This document shows positions 50,416 through 60,238 of a stretch of 64,000 bases of DNA, one piece after another. How positions within the stretch are numbered: the stretch's first letter is position 1; the number at the start of each line of letters is the position of its first letter. The translations under genes were made by a program, and so were the position numbers. The notes beneath the pieces were generated by a model. The model saw only the letters and a program-made list of their open reading frames with translations. It searched no databases and had not been told where the DNA came from. Source of the DNA: Vicinamibacterales bacterium (GTDB lineage Bacteria; Acidobacteriota; Vicinamibacteria; Vicinamibacterales; UBA2999); contig JBFWXO010000027.1 of NCBI GenBank assembly GCA_050187355.1, forward strand, positions 296-64,295. The letters are read 5' to 3'.

Positions 50416-51567
50416 TTACCGGCCTCCGGCCGAGGGCGTCGCGTCGGCCGGCGGGCCGGCCTCGCGTGGGGCCACGGGCATGCCGTCGCCGATCTTCTGG
50501 ACCCCGGACACGATCAGGCGCTCCCCGGCGGTGAGACCGCGCACCACGACGTAGTCGTTGCCGACCAGCGGCCCGAGCCCCAGGGCCCGCTGGCGCGCCA
50601 CGGTCGCCTGGCCGTCCTGTTCGGCCACGAACGCGAAGTACTGGCCGTTCACGCGCGTGACCGCCACGAGGGGCACGGTCAGGGCGTCGTCCGCGCGCCA
50701 GACGATCCGGGCCCGGACGAACTGATCGTTGCGCAGACCGTCGGCCCGGTCGAGCGCGGCCTTGGCCAGCACGGACTGCGTGGCCGGATCGACCGACGGG
50801 GCCACGAACGTGATGGCGGCTTCGCGCACGACGGCCCCCGCGTTGTCCACGAGGCGGACGGGAAGCCCCTTCGCCAGGTCCGGCGCCTGCTGCACCGGCA
50901 CCTGGACGTACACCTCGAGTCCCTGGTTGTCGTCGATGGTCGTCAGCACGGTGGACCGCGTCACTCGGTCGCCCGTCCGCACCGGGATGTCCCCGACGAC
51001 GCCGGCCACCGGCGCGAGCACCCGGTGGTAGCCGAGTTCGACCTGCTGCTCGCGAATCTGCTGGTCGAGCGCCGCCAGCTGCGCCTCCCCGGCCTTGAGC
51101 GTGGACTCGGCCAGGTCGACGTCCTGCCGGCTCACCGCGCCGGCATCGAGGAGGGTCGAGAGCCGCGCGGTCTGCTGGCGCCAGTAGGCCAGGTCGGCCT
51201 CCCGCGCCGCGCGCTGCGCCTGGAGCGTGGCGACCGCGGCCTGCTGCCGGCCCGCGTCGATCTCCATCAGCACCGCGCCGGCGCCGACCTGGGTGCCTGC
51301 CGTGACGCCGATGCGCGTGACGAATCCCTCGACCTGGGGCTGCACGGTGACCGAGCGCCGCGACTTCACGACGCCGATGAACTCCGTCGAGTGCTCGACG
51401 CGCGAGGTCGCCATCGTGCGCACCTCCACCGGCATGGCCGGCATGCCGCCTCCGGGACCGGGGCCCGCGCCGCCTGGCGCGTCCGATCGACAGGCGGCGG
51501 CGAGCCCGGCCGCCGCGATCACGATCGCGCGCGCAATTCGAACACCAGCCGAATAGGGGTAAGTCAT
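50416..51567 (-). CDS. RND efflux periplasmic adaptor (membrane fusion protein)
   Basis: I placed the start at ATG 51567 (MTYPYSAGVRIARAIVIAAAGLAAAC). The order is barrel-sandwich, coiled-coil hairpin, then beta-barrel (VTVQPQVEGFVTRI, coiled segment, RVLAPVAGVVG). Confidence 0.85.
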   Translation of the reverse strand: MTYPYSAGVRIARAIVIAAAGLAAACRSDAPGGAGPGPGGGMPAMPVEVRTMATSRVEHSTEFIGVVKSRRSVTVQPQVEGFVTRIGVTAGTQVGAGAVLMEIDAGRQQAAVATLQAQRAAREADLAYWRQQTARLSTLLDAGAVSRQDVDLAESTLKAGEAQLAALDQQIREQQVELGYHRVLAPVAGVVGDIPVRTGDRVTRSTVLTTIDDNQGLEVYVQVPVQQAPDLAKGLPVRLVDNAGAVVREAAITFVAPSVDPATQSVLAKAALDRADGLRNDQFVRARIVWRADDALTVPLVAVTRVNGQYFAFVAEQDGQATVARQRALGLGPLVGNDYVVVRGLTAGERLIVSGVQKIGDGMPVAPREAGPPADATPSAGGR

Positions 51568-51699
51568 CTCCGAGAGCTCCACAAGGCGGGAGTCGAGCAG
51601 CGGACGGCCGCAGGGCTCGACGGCGGGATGTGGCATTGTAGCGTCGTTGACGCGGGTCGGGGAAGGCTCGGGCGTAACTTCCGTGGTACGATTCGCGGG

Positions 51700-52002
51700 A
51701 TGTCCGCGGCCCCGCTCGACGACCAGGAAGTACGCCGTATCGCGGCGCTGGCCCGCCTGGCGCTGACCGATGACGAGGTGGCCCTCTTCGGCCGACAGCT
51801 TTCCGACATCCTGGAGTACGTCCGGCAGGTCCAGGGCGAGCCCACCGAGGGCGTTGCGGCGATGTCACACGTGACCGCCGGCGATCCGCACGAGCGCGCG
51901 GACGACGCCCGACCGTCGCTGCCCAGGGCCGCTGCGCTCGGCAATGCCCCGGATGCGGCCCCCGAGGCGGGCCTCTTCAAGGTCCCGCGAGTCATCGGAT
52001 GA
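51700..52002 (+). CDS. gatC: Asp-tRNA(Asn)/Glu-tRNA(Gln) amidotransferase subunit C
   Basis: In-frame ATG at 51700. The segment [32 protein letters not shown] fits GatC. The stop overlaps the gatA ATG (ATGA). Confidence 0.9.
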   Translation: MSAAPLDDQEVRRIAALARLALTDDEVALFGRQLSDILEYVRQVQGEPTEGVAAMSHVTAGDPHERADDARPSLPRAAALGNAPDAAPEAGLFKVPRVIG

Positions 52003-53480
52003 GCGCGCCTCCCGGGTCGGTCGTGGCCACCCGCGATGCGGTGCGGCGAGGCGAACGGACCGCGGCGTCCGTCGTCGATGACGCCCTGGCCGCGATTACG
52101 GCGGTGGAGCCGGCCGTGTCGGCGTTCCTGACCGTCGCGGCCGACGACGCGCGCCGTCAGGCGGCCGCCGTCGATGCCGCCCGCAAGGCGGGCCGTCCGC
52201 TCGGACCGCTCGCGGGCGTCCCGGTGGCCCTGAAGGACAACATCTGCACCAGGGGCATCCCGACGACGGCGGGCTCGCGCATCCTGCAGGGGTTCGTCCC
52301 CCCCTACGACGCCACCGTGGTGGAGCGGCTGACGGGCGCCGGCGCCATCGTGGTCGGCAAGACCAACTGCGACGAGTTCGCGATGGGCTCCTCCACGGAG
52401 AACTCGGCGTTCGGGCCCACGGCCAATCCGTGGTCCACCGCGCACGCGCCGGGCGGGTCCAGCGGCGGATCGGCGGTGGCGGTCGCCACCCGCGCCGTGC
52501 CGGCATCGCTCGGGTCCGACACCGGCGGGTCGATCCGCCAGCCCGCCGCCTTCTGCGGCATCGTCGGCCTGAAGCCGTCCTACGGGCGCGTCTCGCGCTA
52601 CGGCCTGTTGGCCTTCGCCTCGTCCCTCGATCAGATTGGGCCCTTCACCACGACGGTCGAGGACGCCGGCGAGATCCTCGCCGCCCTGGCCGGCGCCGAT
52701 CCTCGCGATGCCACGAGCGCCGACGTGGCCGACGTCACGCCGACGCCGCAGGCGTCCGGTGCGGGCGGGCTCAGGATCGGGGTGCCCCGTGCGTTCATCG
52801 ACGGCGTGGATGCGAGCGTGGCCGCGGCGTTCGAGCAGGCGCTGGCGACGTGGCGCGACCTCGGGGCCACGGTGGTGGACGTGACGCTCCCCCACGTCTC
52901 GCTGGCGATTCCCGTCTACTACCTGATTGCCACGGCGGAAGCGAGTTCGAACCTGGCGCGGTACGACGGCGCACGCTACGGCTTCCGGGCGGCGCTGGGC
53001 GCCACCGACTCGGTCCGCACGATGTACGAACGCACGCGCGACGAAGGGTTCGGCGCCGAGGTGAAGCGGCGGATCATGCTGGGCACTTACGTCCTGAGTG
53101 CCGGCTACTACGACGCGTACTACCTCAAGGCCCAGCGGGTGCGCGCGAAGCTGCGGGATGCGTATCGGCAGGTCCTGTCCACGGTCGATGTCATCGCGAC
53201 GCCGACCACGCCGACGCCCGCGTTCAGGCTTGGCGAGAAGGTGGCGGACCCGCTGCAGATGTACCTCGCGGACGTCTTCACGGTGAGCGCCAATCTGGTG
53301 GGCGTGCCCGCGCTGAGCCTGCCGTGCGGACTGTCGCCGGTCGGCTTGCCGATCGGGTGTCAGCTCACGGGCCGCATGTGGGACGAGGCCACGCTCATCC
53401 GGCTCGGGGCGGCCTATCAGGGCGCCACCGACTGGCACCGCCGCGTGCCCGAGATCGCGGCGCCGGGGGCGCGGGCCTGA
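51999..53480 (+). CDS. gatA: Asp-tRNA(Asn)/Glu-tRNA(Gln) amidotransferase subunit A
   Basis: It has the amidase signature [24 protein letters not shown] and [12 protein letters not shown]. Confidence 0.95.
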   Translation: MSAPPGSVVATRDAVRRGERTAASVVDDALAAITAVEPAVSAFLTVAADDARRQAAAVDAARKAGRPLGPLAGVPVALKDNICTRGIPTTAGSRILQGFVPPYDATVVERLTGAGAIVVGKTNCDEFAMGSSTENSAFGPTANPWSTAHAPGGSSGGSAVAVATRAVPASLGSDTGGSIRQPAAFCGIVGLKPSYGRVSRYGLLAFASSLDQIGPFTTTVEDAGEILAALAGADPRDATSADVADVTPTPQASGAGGLRIGVPRAFIDGVDASVAAAFEQALATWRDLGATVVDVTLPHVSLAIPVYYLIATAEASSNLARYDGARYGFRAALGATDSVRTMYERTRDEGFGAEVKRRIMLGTYVLSAGYYDAYYLKAQRVRAKLRDAYRQVLSTVDVIATPTTPTPAFRLGEKVADPLQMYLADVFTVSANLVGVPALSLPCGLSPVGLPIGCQLTGRMWDEATLIRLGAAYQGATDWHRRVPEIAAPGARA

Positions 53481-53810
53481 TCAGGCGGCCACGGCCGGCC
53501 GCTTCACGAGCGACCAGACGACCAGGCCCAGCAGGACGAACGGAACGAGCGGCAGGAGCACGGCCAGGGCCGCGACTCCGAGCGCCACGACCAGCACGCC
53601 GCCGACGCCCACCACCAGGACCGGTGCCAGGGCGAGCAACGCCACCATCCCGACGGCGCCGGCAATCGCGCCGACGATGAGGCGCACGAGACCAAGGACC
53701 AGCCGGACGGGGAGGAAGACGATTTTCAGGATCAGCCAGACGACCCCGAGCAGTCCGACGACGAGCGCGCCCACCATCCCGACGGCTCCCATGGCGAACA
53801 GCGTGCCCAT
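53481..53810 (-). CDS. Very hydrophobic small membrane protein (109 aa), unknown function
   Basis: I placed the start at ATG 53810, preceded by GAGGAGGAAAGAC. The sequence is almost entirely V, L, G and A with 3-4 predicted helices. Its stop abuts the gatA stop with 0 bp between them. Confidence 0.55.
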   Translation of the reverse strand: MGTLFAMGAVGMVGALVVGLLGVVWLILKIVFLPVRLVLGLVRLIVGAIAGAVGMVALLALAPVLVVGVGGVLVVALGVAALAVLLPLVPFVLLGLVVWSLVKRPAVAA

Positions 53811-53881
53811 GTCTTTCCTCCTCGCAGGCAGCCGGGCTGCCCACTGGAGGGGACGTGCGGTGGCGCCGGCGGGTTCCGTGC

Positions 53882-54142
53882 CTAGCGCTTCTCGAGGAGC
53901 ACGGCGAACTCCGGCAGGTCCCACTCGACCAGCTGGTGGTTCACCTCTTCCATCGCCAGCCGCTCGGGCTTCACGGCGCGAGCGGTCCCGGCGTCGAGCC
54001 GGACCTTCGCCCCCTTGCGGAGCTGCTTGGCGCGCGCCGCGGCGACGTCGACATACAGGAAGCGGCTTTCGATCGGGCGCCCTTGCGGACGGACGACCGG
54101 GGCCTCGGCCTCAGCTTCCGGGGCGATTTCGTGCTCGGACAT
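53882..54142 (-). CDS. rpoZ: DNA-directed RNA polymerase subunit omega
   Basis: SRFLYVDVAAARAKQLRKGAKV matches the omega core (NRYxLVxxAAKRARQL). KPERLAMEEV is the conserved second helix. Confidence 0.7.
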   Translation of the reverse strand: MSEHEIAPEAEAEAPVVRPQGRPIESRFLYVDVAAARAKQLRKGAKVRLDAGTARAVKPERLAMEEVNHQLVEWDLPEFAVLLEKR

Positions 54143-54176
54143 AGCCTTTCAGCTTAGCCGACCCGTCGGCCCGGCA

Positions 54177-54539
54177 TCAACTTTTTCGGGAGGCGGCGGT
54201 CGGCCCGACGAAGGCCCCCACCACCCAGGCCGCCAGACCGGTCACGAAGGCCCCGATGACGGCCGACAGGAACGACGCCACGCGGAACCCCGGCACCAGC
54301 GCCGCGGCCAGGCCGAACGCCGCGCCGTTCACGACGAGGTAGAACAGCCCCAGTGTCAGCAGGGTAATGGGAAAGGTCAGGAAGGTCAGCACCGGGCGGA
54401 TGACGGCATTGACCACGCCCAGGACGCCGGCCCCGACGATCAGGGCGCCCGGCGACGCGAACGAGACCCCGGGAACGATCGATGAGGTGACCCAGAGCGC
54501 CACCGCCAGTACGACCCAGTGAACGACGAAGCTCGTCAT
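54177..54539 (-). CDS. Four-TM membrane protein of the YvlD / phage-holin-4 superfamily
   Basis: 120 aa. The layout LAVALWVTSSIVPGV...GALIVGAGVLGVVNAVIRPVLTFLTFPITLLTLGLFYLVVNG is typical of PF04020. Confidence 0.7.
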   Translation of the reverse strand: MTSFVVHWVVLAVALWVTSSIVPGVSFASPGALIVGAGVLGVVNAVIRPVLTFLTFPITLLTLGLFYLVVNGAAFGLAAALVPGFRVASFLSAVIGAFVTGLAAWVVGAFVGPTAASRKS

Positions 54540-54601
54540 GTGCTCCCCCCTCCCCGATGAACGGCCGGGCGGAAGCCGGCCCCGTTCGCGCCTGCTCCGC
54601 C

Positions 54602-55003
54602 CTAGGAGGCGACCGCGACTGGAATCGTGCGCGGCCTGGCCGCCTCCCGCGCCGGGAGACGCACCGTCAGCACACCGTCGCGGTAGTCGGCCGCCACCTG
54701 TGCGGTGTCGACGGACCCCGGCAGCGCGAACCGCCGGGTGAACCGCCCGTAGGGCCGCTCGACGCGCTGCACGCCCTCACGCGCGACATCCGCCGGCCAC
54801 GCCCGATCGCCACTGATCGTGAGCGTCCCGCGCTCGACGGTGACGGCAATGTCCTCGCGCTTCATCTCGGGCAGTTCGGCCTTCAGCACGAGGGTCTTGT
54901 CGGCCGTCTCATAGATGTCCACGGGAGGCACCCACGTGCCCCGCGCGGCGTCACGCCCGGTTCCCGTCCAGCCTCGAATCGGATCGAAACGCACGATTCC
55001 CAT
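54602..55003 (-). CDS. Hsp20 / alpha-crystallin small heat shock protein
   Basis: WVPPVDIYETADKTLVLKAELPEMKREDIAVTVERGTLTISGDR...YGRFTRRFALP...DGVLTVRLP is the alpha-crystallin domain. AGGAG lies 7 nt upstream. Confidence 0.9.
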   Translation of the reverse strand: MGIVRFDPIRGWTGTGRDAARGTWVPPVDIYETADKTLVLKAELPEMKREDIAVTVERGTLTISGDRAWPADVAREGVQRVERPYGRFTRRFALPGSVDTAQVAADYRDGVLTVRLPAREAARPRTIPVAVAS

Positions 55004-55025
55004 CGCCTGCTCCTGCCATGTCCGT

Positions 55026-55055
55026 GGAGGCCCGGGGCACCAGCCCCGGGCCTCC
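55026..55055 (-). other. Perfect 12-bp GC hairpin in the dnaK-hsp20 intercistronic spacer
   Basis: GGAGGCCCGGGG (55026-55037), loop caccag, CCCCGGGCCTCC (55044-55055). No U-tract follows it on the transcribed (minus) strand. Confidence 0.7.
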
Positions 55056-55067
55056 GGTCTCGTTCGT

Positions 55068-56972
<1,905 letters not shown>

Positions 56973-57002
56973 GCGTCGACTCCTCTCCTCGTGTCTAGAG
57001 CG

Positions 57003-57030
57003 AGTCTAGCACCAGATTAGTTTTAGTCAA
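57003..57030 (-). promoter_or_regulatory. Candidate sigma70-type promoter of dnaK
   Basis: The minus strand reads TTGACT (57030-57025), a 16-nt spacer, then TAGACT (57008-57003). A GAGGAGAGGAG RBS follows at 56981-56990. The promoter lies inside a 36% G+C island. Confidence 0.5.
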
Positions 57031-57283
57031 GCACATTTTCTTAGTCTTACAGACTCATATACTAACTCATGAGGCCCCTCCTTGCTGCCAGTCGACGGGT
57101 GACCCTGCGCCACCCTGGCCGGCAAATGGCCCGCGTCGCCTCCGAAGGTCGTCACGCACCGGTCGCCTCGCTGCCGGTGGCCGGCGCCCCCCCCCCGAAC
57201 ATCCAAGCGAACGCGCCACCGAGCCGCACCGAGCCCTCACGTGCGCCGCCGCGCAGTACAATGGCGCCTCGGTTCCCGCCCGC

Positions 57284-57754
57284 ATGCCCCCGCTGACCCG
57301 CCTCCCCATCTCCTCGGACGTCGGTGACGTCTCGGCCGACGTCCGGCGCCTGTTCGAAGAACTGCTCAAGCAGCGCCCCGAGCGCCGCCACCAGATCGTG
57401 GGCGAGTGCCTGCCGCTGCTGGACGTGTTCGAGACCCGCGAGGCGATCGAACTTGCCGTGGATCTGCCCGGGGTCCCGCCCCAGAACATCCGAATCCTGG
57501 TCAGGGCCGGCGTCGTCATCGTCGCCGGCGAGAAGGACCGGCCCGAACAGGCCGCGCGGGGCGCGGCCAGCTTCCACCTGGTGGAGCGTGACTTCGGCCG
57601 CTTCGCGCGGGCGGTCCGCGTCCACGTCGCCATCGATGCCGCCAGGGCGACGGCCGCGATGCGGGACGGCGAACTCCGGGTCCGGCTGCCGAAGATCGAC
57701 GAGCGCCGGGGCGCGGCGATCGCGGTGCCGATCTCGACGGACACCGTGCGATGA
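57284..57754 (+). CDS. Hsp20 / alpha-crystallin small heat shock protein (second copy, divergent from dnaK)
   Basis: LPLLDVFETREAIELAVDLPGVPPQNIRILVRAGVVIVAGEK...FGRFARAVRV...DGELRVRLPK is the alpha-crystallin domain. TACAAT lies at 57257-57262, 22 nt upstream of the start. Confidence 0.85.
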   Translation: MPPLTRLPISSDVGDVSADVRRLFEELLKQRPERRHQIVGECLPLLDVFETREAIELAVDLPGVPPQNIRILVRAGVVIVAGEKDRPEQAARGAASFHLVERDFGRFARAVRVHVAIDAARATAAMRDGELRVRLPKIDERRGAAIAVPISTDTVR

Positions 57755-58587
57755 AGCTGCTGTTCATCGGGGACATCGTGGGGCGCCCGGGCCGGGACCT
57801 CGTGAAGCGGGGCCTGGCCGGGCTCGTCGCCAGCCACGGCGTCGACTTCGTGATCGCGAACGGCGAGAACGCCGCCGCCGGCTTCGGCATCACCCGGGAG
57901 ATCGGGGACCAGCTGCTGAAGGACGGCGTGGACGTGCTGACGTCCGGCAATCACATCTGGGACAAGAAGGAAGTGCTGGACTACATCGCCGCCGAGCCCC
58001 GTCTGCTCCGCCCGGCGAACTACCCCGCCGGCGCCCCCGGACGAGGCTCCGTCGTGGCGACGGCGCGCAACGGCGTCAAGGTGGGCGTGGTGAACGTGAT
58101 GGGGCGGGTGTATCTGGCGAACATCGACGACCCGTTCACCGGGGCACGGCGTGAGATCGAGCGCGTCAAGGCCGAGGGGGCCGCGCTCGTCTTCGTGGAC
58201 GTCCACGCGGAAGTCACCTCCGAGAAGATCGCCATGGGCTGGTATCTCGACGGCCTCGCCACGGCCGTCGTCGGCACGCACACCCACGTGCAGACCGCCG
58301 ACGAGCGCGTCCTGCCGAAGGGCACGGCCTACCTCACCGACGTGGGCATGACCGGCCCGCACGACGGCGTGATTGGCGTGGAGAAGGATGCCGTCCTCGG
58401 CAAGTTCCTGTCGGCGCTGCCCGCCCGCTTCGAGACCGCGTCCGGCGATCCGCGTCTGCACGCCGTGATCGTCACGGCCGACGTGGACACGGGCCTGGCG
58501 ACCGGCATCACGCGTCTCAACCTCACGGCCGCGGCGCTCGAACGGCTGGCGCACGGCGCCGGCGCGCCGGCCGCCCAGCAGGCGTGA
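57751..58587 (+). CDS. ymdB: YmdB-family metallophosphoesterase (2',3'-cyclic-nucleotide phosphodiesterase-like)
   Basis: MKLLFIGDIVGRPGR, ANGENAAAGFGIT, TSGNHIWDKKE, VDVHAEVTSEK and GTHTHVQTADERVL fit the family. The ATG overlaps the hsp20 stop (ATGA). Confidence 0.85.
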   Translation: MKLLFIGDIVGRPGRDLVKRGLAGLVASHGVDFVIANGENAAAGFGITREIGDQLLKDGVDVLTSGNHIWDKKEVLDYIAAEPRLLRPANYPAGAPGRGSVVATARNGVKVGVVNVMGRVYLANIDDPFTGARREIERVKAEGAALVFVDVHAEVTSEKIAMGWYLDGLATAVVGTHTHVQTADERVLPKGTAYLTDVGMTGPHDGVIGVEKDAVLGKFLSALPARFETASGDPRLHAVIVTADVDTGLATGITRLNLTAAALERLAHGAGAPAAQQA

Positions 58588-59990
58588 CCCCGAGCCGCCT
58601 CCCGTTCGACGACGCGCCTCCGCCGCCCCCGCCCCGCCGGCGGGTCGTCACGGTGAGCGAGCTCACGGCGAACCTTCGCACCCTGGTCGAGTCCGAGTTT
58701 CCGGAGGTCTGGGTCGAGGGCGAGTTGTCGGGCGCGCGCCTCTGGAACACGGGCCACCTCTACTTCACCCTCAAGGACGCCCACGCGCAGATCAAGGGCG
58801 TGATGTTCCGGACGTCGCTCCGCCTGCTGCGGTTCAAGCCGGAGGACGGCGCGCGCGTGGTCGCGCGCGGCCGGCTCAGCGTGTACGACCCGCGCGGTGA
58901 GTACCAGCTGGTGTGCGAGCACATGGAGCCGCGCGGACTCGGCGCGCTCCAGCTCGCGTACGAGCAGCTGCGAAAGGCGCTTGCCGCGGAGGGCCTGTTC
59001 GACGACGCCAGGAAGCGCCCCCTGCCGGCGCTCCCGCGGCGCATCGGCATCGTGACCTCCCGCGACGGCGCCGCGCTCCGGGACATCGTGCGCGTCCTGC
59101 GGCGCCGCTATCCGAACGCGCACCTCGTGATCGCGCCGGCCCGCGTGCAGGGCGACGGCGCGGCGCTCGAGATCGCGCGGGCGCTGCGGCGGATCGGCGC
59201 CGTGCCGGGTGTGGACGTGGTGATCGCGGGCCGCGGCGGCGGATCCATCGAAGACCTCTGGGCCTTCAACGAGGAGGCCGTGGCCCGGGCCATCGTCGCC
59301 TGTCCGGTGCCGGTCATCTCCGCCGTCGGCCACGAGACGGACGTGACCATTGCGGACTTCGTCGCCGACCTGCGGGCGCCCACGCCCTCGGCCGCGGCCG
59401 AGATCGTCGTCGGCCGCAAGGACGAGTTCGTCCGGCGCATCGTTTCGCAGGGGGCCCATGCCCGGGCGGCGCTCAGGGCGCTGCTCCAGCGCTCGGCCGC
59501 GCGCCTGCACCAGTTCGAGGCCCGCCCTGCGCTCGCCGGCTTCCCGGGGCGGGTGGCGATGCGCCAGCGGTACGTGACCGAACTCGGCGCGTCCCTCAGG
59601 GCGGCCGGGACGGCGGCCACCGGCGCGCGCCGGCGGAGGCTCGAGGGCCTGGGCCGCTCGCTCGACGCCTTCCGGCCGCGCGAGCGTCTGGCCAGGATTC
59701 GAGCCGCCGTGGTGGCCTACCGCGGCCGCCTCGACGGGGCCGTGCGCACGACGCTGCATCGGGCCGAGTCCCGCAGCCGCGAGGCCGCGGCCGGCCTGCA
59801 CGCGATGAGCCCGCTGGCGGTCCTGGCACGCGGCTACGCCGTATGCTGGACCGACGATCGGCGCACCGTCGTGCGGCGGGCGGATCAAGTGGCGCCCGGC
59901 GACACGATTCGCGTCACGCTGGGGAGCGGCGAGCTCGGGTGCGACGTGCGCGAGGTGGCCGACGCCCCGGCCGCGCGAGGACGGGCCTGA
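58584..59990 (+). CDS. xseA: Exodeoxyribonuclease VII large subunit
   Basis: VSELTANLRTLVESEFPEVWVEGELS...GHLYFTLKD is the OB fold. IGIVTSRDGAALRDI and RGGGSIEDLWAFNEE also fit. The GTG start overlaps the upstream stop (GTGA). Confidence 0.9.
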   Translation: MTPSRLPFDDAPPPPPPRRRVVTVSELTANLRTLVESEFPEVWVEGELSGARLWNTGHLYFTLKDAHAQIKGVMFRTSLRLLRFKPEDGARVVARGRLSVYDPRGEYQLVCEHMEPRGLGALQLAYEQLRKALAAEGLFDDARKRPLPALPRRIGIVTSRDGAALRDIVRVLRRRYPNAHLVIAPARVQGDGAALEIARALRRIGAVPGVDVVIAGRGGGSIEDLWAFNEEAVARAIVACPVPVISAVGHETDVTIADFVADLRAPTPSAAAEIVVGRKDEFVRRIVSQGAHARAALRALLQRSAARLHQFEARPALAGFPGRVAMRQRYVTELGASLRAAGTAATGARRRRLEGLGRSLDAFRPRERLARIRAAVVAYRGRLDGAVRTTLHRAESRSREAAAGLHAMSPLAVLARGYAVCWTDDRRTVVRRADQVAPGDTIRVTLGSGELGCDVREVADAPAARGRA

Positions 59991-60238
59991 TGGACGAGAC
60001 GATCAAGGACTTCGAGGCGGCGCTCGCGGAGCTCGCCGGCATCGTGAAGAAGCTGGAGGACGGCGATCTCGCGCTCGAGGCGTCGCTCGCGCTCTACGAA
60101 CGCGGCGTCCGGCTGCAGCGCTACTGCCACGAACGGCTCGAGGCGGCGGAGCGCCGCATCGAGATCCTGAGCGACCGGGGGGAGCTCGTGCCGGCGCCGC
60201 CCGATCTCACCGACATCGGCCAGGATGAAGACCACTAG
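59990..60238 (+). CDS. xseB: Exodeoxyribonuclease VII small subunit
   Basis: In-frame ATG at 59990 (TGATG junction). The sequence FEAALAELAGIVKKLEDGDLALEASLALYERGVRLQRYC fits XseB. Confidence 0.9.
   Translation: MDETIKDFEAALAELAGIVKKLEDGDLALEASLALYERGVRLQRYCHERLEAAERRIEILSDRGELVPAPPDLTDIGQDEDH

Noticed and set aside
46805-51868. 1687-aa ORF overlapping the RND efflux operon. Similar giants are 41579..44935 (1118 aa), 6891..10322 (1143 aa), 48892..52002 (1036 aa), 1547..4258 (903 aa) and the N-terminal 1000 codons of 34601..38476.
   Set aside because: All are shadow ORFs in alternative frames of well-supported genes (AcrB-like, TolC-like, typA, adh, fadD and others). They have extreme Arg/Pro/Gly/Ala composition and no recognisable domains. 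Only the short 3' segments that match gatC (51700..52002) and the SGNH lipoprotein (37610..38476) were kept.
54177-54539. Phage-holin-4 family gene as evidence of a prophage or lysis cassette
   Set aside because: No endolysin, spanin, capsid, terminase, integrase or att-like repeats are nearby. This family (YvlD-like) is widespread as a chromosomal membrane protein. The context is rpoZ and heat-shock genes.
56990-57060. CIRCE (HrcA) or HAIR (HspR) operator upstream of dnaK
   Set aside because: GTGCTA/TAGCAC-like half-sites exist, but they are in the opposite relative order to CIRCE and have 5-nt rather than 9-nt spacing. No CTTGAGT-N7-ACTCAAG is present. The region is reported as an unexplained palindrome cluster instead.
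57069-57296. 75-aa ORF (and the antisense ORF 57152..57625) in the dnaK-hsp20 spacer
   Set aside because: The translation is Pro/Ala/Arg-rich low complexity. There is no RBS, and the ORF overlaps the hsp20 start. I treat the region as non-coding.
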